From contig JAYGFR010000205.1 in NCBI GenBank assembly GCA_046581755.1, positions 1-22,508 of the forward strand: a stretch of 22,508 bases of DNA. Reading direction: 5' to 3'. The position numbers were made by a program, and so were the translations under genes. Each line of letters starts with the position of its first letter. Positions within the stretch are counted from its first letter, which is position 1. The DNA is from Nitrospinota bacterium. GTDB taxonomy: Bacteria > UBA8248. Shown here one piece after another: positions 1-7,629 of this stretch. The notes beneath the pieces were generated by a model. It was not told the DNA's origin, searched no databases, and saw only the letters and a program-made list of their open reading frames with translations.

Positions 1-54
1 CAATATTCCCAAAGTGCGCACGGTTCCTTTTTTTCTTTTTGAATCAACGTTCAC
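1..54 (-). CDS. Possible 5' end of a gene running off the window (MNVDSKRKKRNRAHFGNI...)
   Basis: GTG at 52-54 on the minus strand, preceded by RBS-like GAGAGG; frame stays open to the window edge; only 18 codons visible. Confidence 0.3.
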   Translation of the reverse strand, partial: MNVDSKRKKGTVRTLGIL

Positions 55-138
55 CGCTCGTCCTCTCAGTGAAGCGTTAAAATCACAGTGCTTCAAGAAA
101 GCCCATGAATAATGGCAATGCGATTAAAAAAATCTGGA

Positions 139-891
139 TTATGGACAACGTAACAAAAAGCAGGCATAACCCACCGATTCTTTTCCGCCGCCAGTGTGGT
201 AGCGGTTGAGCTCGTTTTGCCACTCTCCCAGGGTCGTTTGCGCCTCCGCGGAGGCGTTGTATTCAAGCCGGTTTTCGATAATAGACCTGGCCTGGGGGGC
301 ATAATAATTTTCCCAGGCGGCATCCGTTTCCAGCTCCGCGAATTCAACGTGAAACCCCGCGTCGATAAATTCCGCGGTTCGCTTCTCCAGGCCGGCGATT
401 CGAAGGGGAGTGAACCCTTTGGACCAATCAATCACCGATGGAGTCGCGGAATCGGGGGCGCCGGGCTTCCATGCGATTTCAGACAGCGCGATCCATCCCC
501 CCCGGCGCACCACCCGGGTCAACTCGTTCACAATTTTGTCGAAGTTGAGCGGGCAGGTGTTGCCGAGCATCAGGGCAAGGTCGAAATAAAAATCATCGAA
601 CGGAAATTCGTCTGCCGGGGAGTCCAGGATATTCACGAGATGATCCAGATCCCCGAAAACCGTCCGGCGGCGCGCCTCCTCGGCGAATTCGGCCCGCGGC
701 TCAACGCAAGTGACAACGCATTCGAATTTTTCCGCCAATGTGAGCGCGGCTCCCCCTTTTCCGCATGCAACGTCCAGGACGCTGGACGATTCGGTGAGGC
801 CGCAACGGTTTCCGAAATTTTCGACCGTGCCGGAGGTGATGGGAGAAAGGAACAAGTTATGCTTATAACGCTCAAAGGTGTCCAGAATCAT
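139..891 (-). CDS. Class I SAM-dependent methyltransferase
   Basis: Motif I VLDVACGKGG, acidic motif II (VTCVE), FDLALM and VVRRGGWIALSE post-II/III motifs; ATG 891 chosen, ORF extends to TTG 933. Confidence 0.85.
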   Translation of the reverse strand: MILDTFERYKHNLFLSPITSGTVENFGNRCGLTESSSVLDVACGKGGAALTLAEKFECVVTCVEPRAEFAEEARRRTVFGDLDHLVNILDSPADEFPFDDFYFDLALMLGNTCPLNFDKIVNELTRVVRRGGWIALSEIAWKPGAPDSATPSVIDWSKGFTPLRIAGLEKRTAEFIDAGFHVEFAELETDAAWENYYAPQARSIIENRLEYNASAEAQTTLGEWQNELNRYHTGGGKESVGYACFLLRCP

Positions 892-1078
892 GCGGGCGAA
901 TTTCCCGTTTTGATTAAAAAAGCGACAATCCAAGCATATCCAGCATCAACAGGAGCGAAACAAAGCCGAGCACAACGGCGATTCCGCCAGCGAACAAACC
1001 AAAAAGTACGCTGTAAACATTAATTTTCTTGAGAATTTTGCTGTATGCGGCCATTTTGAATTTTCCTCACCTGAGAAT

Positions 1079-1987
1079 TTATTTGGCGCTTTTTTTGACT
1101 TTTTTCCCTTGCGTGGGTTGGGATTTCCCAATCTGGAGAAAAATTTTCCCGTCTTTAAAAATGCTAACCGTTCCAGTGGATTCGCTGATCACGAAAGAGG
1201 TTGCTGCACTCACCTCTGAAATTCCGGCCGCCGCCATGTGGCGGGTCCCGAGTCCGGGCGGTAAATCGATGTCTCCGGCGGCGTTCAAGTGTCTGCCGGC
1301 CGCTTCCACGACCCCGTCTCCCCGGATGACGAAAGCGCCATCGATTGCGCTGAATTCCTTGATGGTTTCCCGAAGATTGGAATCCATGATGTTTCTCTGT
1401 TCCTCGGGGTAGCCGTGAAACGGGTTGATCACCATCTGCCGGGAATACTGGAGGACGATATCGTGATCTCCGAGAACAAAGAGAGCTCCCCGGGATTTTC
1501 CTTCCCGCCCCTCGGCGGCGATTTCGAGTGAAAGGGAAAGAAGTGTCTCGAATACCTTGGGGTCCAACCCGTTCAACTCATTTTGGGTTTCGGAGATCAA
1601 CATCATCTCTTTTTCCTGGTCCAGACGAAATACGATGAGCGTGTCGATTTGCTCATTTTCCGACAGCCCCGAAAGGCACACAATGGTGTCTTCTATTTTG
1701 ATGGCGCCATCGCTCAACGCAATCACAACTCCCATTTTGATGGCGTCGATGCGTTTCAGAGAGAGCGCGGGGAGTTGAAACACCCGAAAGCCCTTGCCCG
1801 CGAGATCCTCGAAGAGTTCAGGCGAACATGTTGTGACGAATCGTTCCACATCGGTGGGAAGCTGGGATAGTGCCTCTATATCCTTCAATGCATCGGCGTG
1901 CACAAAAATCGCCCGTGCGCCCAGGTGGCCGCAGACCACCGCGGCCGCTTTGATGAGAATTTCGCTTGTCCCTACCGATTTTTCCAT
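1079..1987 (-). CDS. dacZ: Diadenylate cyclase (DisA_N/DAC domain), DacZ/CdaZ-like with soluble N-terminal alpha/beta domain
   Basis: Catalytic DGA (FSAIDGAFVI) and RHR-type GLGTRHMAA motifs; EGREGK, INPF and ISESTG signatures; no TM helices; RBS GGGGAAGG. Confidence 0.88.
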   Translation of the reverse strand: MEKSVGTSEILIKAAAVVCGHLGARAIFVHADALKDIEALSQLPTDVERFVTTCSPELFEDLAGKGFRVFQLPALSLKRIDAIKMGVVIALSDGAIKIEDTIVCLSGLSENEQIDTLIVFRLDQEKEMMLISETQNELNGLDPKVFETLLSLSLEIAAEGREGKSRGALFVLGDHDIVLQYSRQMVINPFHGYPEEQRNIMDSNLRETIKEFSAIDGAFVIRGDGVVEAAGRHLNAAGDIDLPPGLGTRHMAAAGISEVSAATSFVISESTGTVSIFKDGKIFLQIGKSQPTQGKKVKKSAK

Positions 1988-1998
1988 ACCTTCCCCAG

Positions 1999-3495
1999 TT
2001 AACCCACACCTTCTATCACAATGTACCGCGTGGCTCCGCGCCGTTCAATCAAGAAAAGATGGCCTTTTTCTTTTTTGTGCTCAATCGCAGCCGAGAGGTC
2101 ACGAACATTGTTCACGCCTTTTTGATTCGCTTCGATGATTAGATCGCCGCGCCGGAGACCCGCTTTGGCAGCCGGGCTTCCGGGAATTACCCTGGCGACG
2201 ACAACCCCTGTTTTGGATTTAGTTCCAATTTGCCCGGCAATTTCCCGCGTCAGGTTTTGGCCCTCGATGCCAAGCTTTTTGCTCATTTCCGCTTTTCGGG
2301 AGGCGCTGGCCAGATTCGTAGGGCCGGGCATCCTTCCGGTTGTGAGGGTAATGGTAATGGATTTACCTTTGCGGCGAACGCCGAGTTTAACGTCGGTTCC
2401 AGGAGAAAGAGCGGCCGCCATCCGGGAGAGGGAGCGTGGATTTTCGACCTTTTTCCCGTTCAACGAGAGGATGACATCCCCCTGCTTCACCCCTGCCTTG
2501 AATGCGGGCCCTTTCTTGACCAGACTGGCTACAATGACCCCCTTTGTGTTTTTGAGGTCCATCGCTTTGGCCAGGCTTTCACTCACGGGTTGAATGGAAA
2601 CGCCTAAAAATCCCCGGACAACCGTGCCTTTGCGTAAATTCGGCATTAAGGACTTGACTTGATTTATCGGAATGGCGAATCCGATGCCGATATTTCCTCC
2701 GCCCCGGCTAAATATGGCGGTATTGATTGCGATTACCTCGCCGGAAAGGTTGAACAAAGGTCCGCCGCTGTTTCCCGGATTGATCGAGGCATCCGTCTGT
2801 ATGAAATTGTCGTAGGGCCCGGCGCCGATAACCCTTCCCTTGGCGCTGACGATTCCGGCGGTGACGGTGTGACTCAGGCCAAACGGATTGCCGATGGCCA
2901 CCACCCAATCGCCCACGCGCATTTTTTCACTGTCACCGAGCTGGACGGCGGGCAGTTTTTCGCCCGGCTTCAATTCAACGCGAAGGAGCGCGATGTCCGT
3001 TTTCGGGTCGCGTCCGACAATGGTGGCTTTCCGCTTCTTTCGATCCTGGGTGATTACGGTGATTTCAGAAGAATTTTCGATGACGTGGTTGTTCGTCAGA
3101 ATCAACCCTTTTTCGGAGTCCACGATAAACCCGGAGCCCAGACTCGATCTTTTTTGTGGCGGCCGCTGAGGCAGTCCCGGAAACCCTGGAGGCCGGCCTT
3201 CGAAAAACCGGCGAAAGAGTTCGCTGAACTGGTCTCCCGGACGCCTGGGGATTCCCCCTCTCGCATGGACGAGGGTTTCGGAACTGATGTTGACCACCGA
3301 GGGTTTCAGGCGCTCCACGAGATCGGCCAACGAGGGAAGGCCTTTTAAGCTGGCAGCCGCATTTACGGCGCCAGGAGCGTTGATGGATACAACAAGCGCA
3401 ACCAGGAAGGCCAACATCCCTCGATATAAAATTTTGCCGGCCCGGGACCGATTGGGGTTGACGATCATCGTCATAGCAGAGTCCTTTTTGTCCAT
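1999..3495 (-). CDS. htrA: Do/DegQ (HtrA) family periplasmic serine protease with two PDZ domains
   Basis: Catalytic triad motifs TNNHVI, DPKTDIAL, INPGNSGGPL; GFLGV and LGIEG PDZ starts; N-terminal signal/TM segment; start may be ATG 3474. Confidence 0.95.
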   Translation of the reverse strand: MDKKDSAMTMIVNPNRSRAGKILYRGMLAFLVALVVSINAPGAVNAAASLKGLPSLADLVERLKPSVVNISSETLVHARGGIPRRPGDQFSELFRRFFEGRPPGFPGLPQRPPQKRSSLGSGFIVDSEKGLILTNNHVIENSSEITVITQDRKKRKATIVGRDPKTDIALLRVELKPGEKLPAVQLGDSEKMRVGDWVVAIGNPFGLSHTVTAGIVSAKGRVIGAGPYDNFIQTDASINPGNSGGPLFNLSGEVIAINTAIFSRGGGNIGIGFAIPINQVKSLMPNLRKGTVVRGFLGVSIQPVSESLAKAMDLKNTKGVIVASLVKKGPAFKAGVKQGDVILSLNGKKVENPRSLSRMAAALSPGTDVKLGVRRKGKSITITLTTGRMPGPTNLASASRKAEMSKKLGIEGQNLTREIAGQIGTKSKTGVVVARVIPGSPAAKAGLRRGDLIIEANQKGVNNVRDLSAAIEHKKEKGHLFLIERRGATRYIVIEGVG

Positions 3496-3714
3496 TTACT
3501 TAAAGCGGCAATAGATGTCCGGCTATTTCGACGTTGGTGGTTCCCTTTTTGTAATCCATGTAATTTCAGTTATTTGGGTTCATCCGTCGCCAGAAATTAA
3601 AACATGCGGCACATATCGAACGCTCTATGCATTCAACGGGATGAAGTTGTCAATCCCTTTTAACGGGAAAATTCGATTCGCCTTGGTCCCGGTGCGGCCG
3701 GCCGGAATTGAGCG

Positions 3715-4276
3715 CTAATTATTCAGTGGCTTATGGGTACGAAGGGAGCGGCGGCCAATGCGAATGGCGGATGATCTTTTCCGCGGGGAGGAATGCGTGG
3801 GCGCCTGAGCGGCAGGCTGGGATTTCATGGCGGGGATATCGGCCCGGGAAGCGGCTTTTTTTTCCTTATTCGCCCCGTTCGCGCCATTATTGGCCAAGTC
3901 CTTCACCGGCCCTCCCTTGTTCTGCGAAGAGCTCTTTTGCGCTTGAGTGATACTGGATGTTTCCGGGACGGGTTCCTCCGCACCTTGCCATTTATTATGG
4001 GATGACAGTTTTCTTTTTTTGCTCACGCTGAACGTTTTGGAACCGAAAGCCTCCGTATTGCCCAAACCTTTGTTTTGGTCCCCTCGGGGCCGCTTTTTAC
4101 TGAGGGTGATCGACCCGGCGGTGGCGGCCTCTTCATTGCCCCACCCTTTGTTCCGGGAGGCGCGCTTGTGTTTCTGGCTGACGTTCAATTGTTTGGCCTT
4201 GACCGCTACCGCCTTGTTTTTCGTGGTGTTCCTCTTCGATCTTTTTAAGGGGATTCGAGCGCATTCGCCTTGCCAT
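3715..4276 (-). CDS. Hypothetical highly basic protein with degenerate ~26-aa repeats, probably one frameshift near 4242-4246
   Basis: ORF 3715-4188 is open upstream to ~4278; removing one A from the A5 run joins ATG 4276 (MARRMRSNPLK) to RSKRNTTKNK...; repeated NKG motif. Confidence 0.5.
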
Positions 4277-4464
4277 GGTTATGGGGGTATTTTTCACTGC
4301 GGGAGGGATGATTTTTATTGTTTTGGGGCGTTGATCCGCGCTCTTCGCGAGAGTAGTCTGAACCAATCTGGCAGGTATCGTAACCTTCCCGGTGTTCCGG
4401 TATTTTTTGGACCGGAAATGCCCTTTGGATTTATGCTGGTCCCACCATTTTGGAGGAGATTGGA

Positions 4465-4917
4465 ATGGGCGACAAGGCCTTTATCGATTCATTTCTGGCG
4501 GAAAAACGCATGTGCCGTTTCTCGGTAACGCGCGAGAATGGTGGACAGCTTATCCGTCCCATCTGGTATATTTGGGAAGATGGTAAATTTCTCATCAGCA
4601 CAAAAACTGTAGGTATCCACACCCGTATTGTCAGGAATAATCCCAAAATTTCTATCGTAGTGGATAAGGACAATCCCCCATATGCTGCCGTTGTTTGCGA
4701 GGGGGAGGTGGAGCTCATCGAAGGCGTCGGAAAAGACCATGATCTTATTGGACGATGCGCGGAACGCTACCTCGGCCCCGAAATAGCGCCAAAATTCATG
4801 GCGGGCCCCGTTGCCCAGGTGGATCGGGTACGTTTCGTCGTACATCCCAAGCGCTGGACAATTTGGAACGCAGGTGCTGATCCCCCCTTCAGCGCCCGGC
4901 CAGGGGATTACTCTTAA
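4465..4917 (+). CDS. Pyridoxamine 5'-phosphate oxidase-like (split beta-barrel) protein
   Basis: RPIWYIWEDG, RNNPKISIVVD, AVVCEGEVE motifs; RBS GGAGGAG at 4452-4458 before ATG 4465. Confidence 0.85.
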   Translation: MGDKAFIDSFLAEKRMCRFSVTRENGGQLIRPIWYIWEDGKFLISTKTVGIHTRIVRNNPKISIVVDKDNPPYAAVVCEGEVELIEGVGKDHDLIGRCAERYLGPEIAPKFMAGPVAQVDRVRFVVHPKRWTIWNAGADPPFSARPGDYS

Positions 4918-5029
4918 GGCCGATGGGTGGGGGAATCAGGTTCAAAGGGCTGGTCGTGTTCAAAGGAGGAAGCCTGGCCCGCTAATTTTTCCGCATTGGA
5001 TCCGATCATTCGCCTCGATGTGCCTGTGC

Positions 5030-5476
5030 CTAAAGGACTCCGGGGGTAACTTCGCGGATGCGCCGCCAAATGACGATTACGAAAAGGATGACCCCTCCGA
5101 GTTGAGCCAAACCTGAGCAAATCAGCAAAAATCGTGCGATCGGATGCGCAGACCGCCATAGCCAGGGTTCGCCGATGATTCGGAGGATGAGCCCTCCCAC
5201 CGTGAGATAATAGACCGCATAGACGGTGGGCAGGTGGTAGCGTCCCTTGGTTTCTGGGTAAGTTCCCCGGATGAGGGGGAACATCCACAGTGCAACGCCC
5301 ATAACCATGAGCCCGAGCCATCCCACGAATCCGATATGCGCATGCAGAAGAAGCGCATCTCTCGGCATCGGGATAAGCCAGATGGCATTGGCCAGCATGA
5401 ACAGGGCGCCCGAGGCAAATGTGATGACGAAGCAAATAAGGCTCGTTTTTAAAAAAAGGCGGATGATGGAGGGCAC
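5030..5476 (-). CDS. 4-TM membrane protein with HxH motif (heme-copper oxidase subunit I-like / NnrS-like fragment family)
   Basis: Four hydrophobic helices; LHAHIGFVGW...MGVALWMFP motif; GTG start with AGAGGAG RBS. Confidence 0.7.
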   Translation of the reverse strand: MPSIIRLFLKTSLICFVITFASGALFMLANAIWLIPMPRDALLLHAHIGFVGWLGLMVMGVALWMFPLIRGTYPETKGRYHLPTVYAVYYLTVGGLILRIIGEPWLWRSAHPIARFLLICSGLAQLGGVILFVIVIWRRIREVTPGVL

Positions 5477-5509
5477 TGTAGCATCTCCTCTGGATGGTCA
5501 AATGGAGGA

Positions 5510-5935
5510 ATGTACAGGACATCCTCACCAGCATATACGGGAATGCCGCTAGACATGAAAGGTGCCCGCAAGTGGGCGCGGCTGCTCGTTTGCCTCGCCT
5601 TCCACGTGATATTAATGGGTCTTGGCGGCACCATTCTCATTCATGTATATGGCCTTGCCCGTCCCGAAAAGCTCCTTTTTTTCCCCTCGTTCGCGGCCGC
5701 TGCCGTTATTGGTGTCTTCTGCACATGGGATATCGAGGGCAACCGCGTCGCCGAGGCAGGGAACCTCGCCGGTGTTCTAACCGCAGTGCGCCTATGGAGC
5801 GATGTTGTTTATCCAACTCTCGATATAGGCCCATGGGCTTACTTTGGCGCATGGCCGGTTTGGGGGTCCTATCTGGCGAATATCGCCGCGATCCTACTGG
5901 CGGGATTGTTCACCGAGCGGCGTCGCGCTGCTTGA
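5510..5935 (+). CDS. Hypothetical membrane protein
   Basis: 3-4 hydrophobic segments; divergent from the previous gene; start uncertain (5510 or a downstream ATG). Confidence 0.55.
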   Translation: MYRTSSPAYTGMPLDMKGARKWARLLVCLAFHVILMGLGGTILIHVYGLARPEKLLFFPSFAAAAVIGVFCTWDIEGNRVAEAGNLAGVLTAVRLWSDVVYPTLDIGPWAYFGAWPVWGSYLANIAAILLAGLFTERRRAA

Positions 5936-6065
5936 AGTCAGCACCCTCTCGAAGCGGGCCTTGAGATTTCGGGCGCCATGATCGTGAGCGGGCGCTGGCC
6001 CCCAAATACCCCCCTAGGGCGAATATTTCGAAACGCTTTGGCCCGATCCGCTGCGAATTTCAGGC

Positions 6066-6291
6066 AATTGCGCCGAGGCGCGGGCAGATTCGCGCGCCCT
6101 GGTTTCCGGTTCTTTCGGAAGAAAATTCAAGAAAATGCGCCAAGCCGCGCGCAATTTCGCACGCCCCCGCATAGTCCCCAACCCCCCTCTCCCGCCGGGA
6201 GAGGGGGGGGTGAGGGAGAAATTTTCGAGCAAATGCGCCAAGCCGCGCGTAATTTCGCGCGCCCCCGCATAGTCCCCAAAACCCCCTCTCC
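6066..6291. repeat. Imperfect intergenic direct repeats: ~60-bp copies at 6133-6192 and 6231-6291, degenerate partial copy at 6066-6099
   Basis: aaatgcgccaagccgcgcgYaatttcgcRcgcccccgcatagtccccaa...ccccctctcc repeated with 98-bp spacing; third copy matches 27/34. Confidence 0.9.
6181..6216. repeat. BoxC/REP-like palindrome CCCTCTCCC-gcc-GGGAGAGGG..GGTGAGGG
   Basis: 12-bp stem 6182-6193 / 6197-6208 followed by GGTGAGGG, resembling the enterobacterial BoxC-type motif. Confidence 0.6.
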
Positions 6292-6490
6292 GGACCCAGC
6301 GCAGTTTGCTGGCGCGCGTCAAGCCCCCCTAACCCCCCGGAAACGGGCCTGTGGGCGGTAAGCCGGGCCGTCCGGAGGGCCCGAATTAAGGGGGAAAATT
6401 CCCGAATTACTTATTGGCCAAATCCTTCCGTTCGGGTAGACTCCTCTGAACCGAATGCAACTAAATTGTATTTTTTCAAAGGGGGAGTTC

Positions 6491-7489
6491 ATGCGTACGT
6501 ACAGAGGATATCTGACCGTGGCGGCCGCCGCGCTTTTAGCGGGAGGTTTTTTCGCGCTCGAGGCCCGCGCCGCCGCCAACATCACCATCGTCGGCGCCAG
6601 CAAGGGCGCGGGCGCCTTCCGGATGGCCGCCGGGCTCGCCGAGGCGGTGAACAAGACGAGCAAAACCGTCAACATCACCAACCGTGAATCCAAGGGGTTT
6701 GTCGCCAATACCCGCCTCGTGGCCAGCGGGCGCTCGGCCATCGGAATGACGAACGGGATCTTCGTCGATTTTATCCAGCGGAAGCACAAGCCCTTCCACA
6801 AGGGCAAGGCGATGATGACCATCCGCGGCATCGGACCCGTCTCGACCTCCTGGTTCCAGGTGGCGACCTTCCACAAATCCGGCATCAAGAGCTATTACGA
6901 TCTGGCCGGCAAACGGGTGAACATGGGCCCGCGGGGGAGCTCCACCCTCTTCATGCTCAAGTTCATCACCGACAACATCAAAGTCACGGGCAAGATCCGC
7001 AAGGACTACATGGGCTGGTCGCAGGCCGCGACGAACATGATCGATGGCAAGCTCGACGCCTTCGCAATCCCGAACCCGGTCCCCGCGCCCGCGATTCTGC
7101 GCGCCTCCCGTAGCGGACCCCTCCGGATTCTCAGCATTCCCGACGAAGTGCGCGACAAATTCGTCGCCATGAGTTCGGGCTACTACAAGGCGAACAAGGA
7201 CGCGAGCGCGTATCAGGGCATGAAGGGCAAGAAATTCAAAACCGTCGCCTACACCATTTTCGCCGTCGCCAACAAGGACGTTTCCAACGACGTCATCTAC
7301 GAGGTCACGCGCCGCACCTACGACAAGGCGAACCGGGACTTCCTGATCAACGTCTTCAAGGGCTGGAAGATCGGCCTGGACTTCGCCTCCAAATCGGGCG
7401 AATTCATCAAGCAGATGGGCAACTTCAACATGAAGCTCCATCCCGGCGCGGCCCGCTTCTGGAAGTCGAAAGGGTACGATGTGAACTAG
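6491..7489 (+). CDS. TAXI family TRAP transporter solute-binding subunit
   Basis: Signal peptide; ESKGFVANTRL, DLAGKRVNMGPRGSST, IDGKLDAF and LHPGAARFW TAXI signatures; RBS GGGGAG before ATG 6491. Confidence 0.92.
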   Translation: MRTYRGYLTVAAAALLAGGFFALEARAAANITIVGASKGAGAFRMAAGLAEAVNKTSKTVNITNRESKGFVANTRLVASGRSAIGMTNGIFVDFIQRKHKPFHKGKAMMTIRGIGPVSTSWFQVATFHKSGIKSYYDLAGKRVNMGPRGSSTLFMLKFITDNIKVTGKIRKDYMGWSQAATNMIDGKLDAFAIPNPVPAPAILRASRSGPLRILSIPDEVRDKFVAMSSGYYKANKDASAYQGMKGKKFKTVAYTIFAVANKDVSNDVIYEVTRRTYDKANRDFLINVFKGWKIGLDFASKSGEFIKQMGNFNMKLHPGAARFWKSKGYDVN

Positions 7490-7546
7490 GCCCTTTCCCG
7501 ATTCTGGAAGAGGGGATGCCGGTTCGGTTTTCTTGAGTTCCAAGTG

Positions 7547-7585
7547 GCCCCCCGGAGGGTTTTCCGCCGCTCCGGGGGGCTTCTT
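7547..7585 (+). terminator. Intergenic GC hairpin between SBP and permease genes (partial terminator or mRNA stabiliser)
   Basis: 11-bp stem gccccccggag (7547-7557) / ctccggggggc (7570-7580) followed by ttctt. Confidence 0.5.
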
Positions 7586-7629
7586 CCGGCGGCGCCCGCA
7601 ATTCGAATTCCGGTGCGTGAGGATGGTGA

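Noticed and set aside
1..5950. Lower-GC appearance as a genomic island
   Set aside because: Difference judged only by eye; no integrase, tRNA, att sites or IS, and genes look like ordinary chromosomal functions
6066..6291. CRISPR array
   Set aside because: Only 2-3 imperfect units of ~60 bp with irregular spacing and no cas genes
5978..6361. ORFs 5978-6361 (+) and 6014-6322 (-)
   Set aside because: They translate the DNA repeats and palindrome; low complexity and no family motifs
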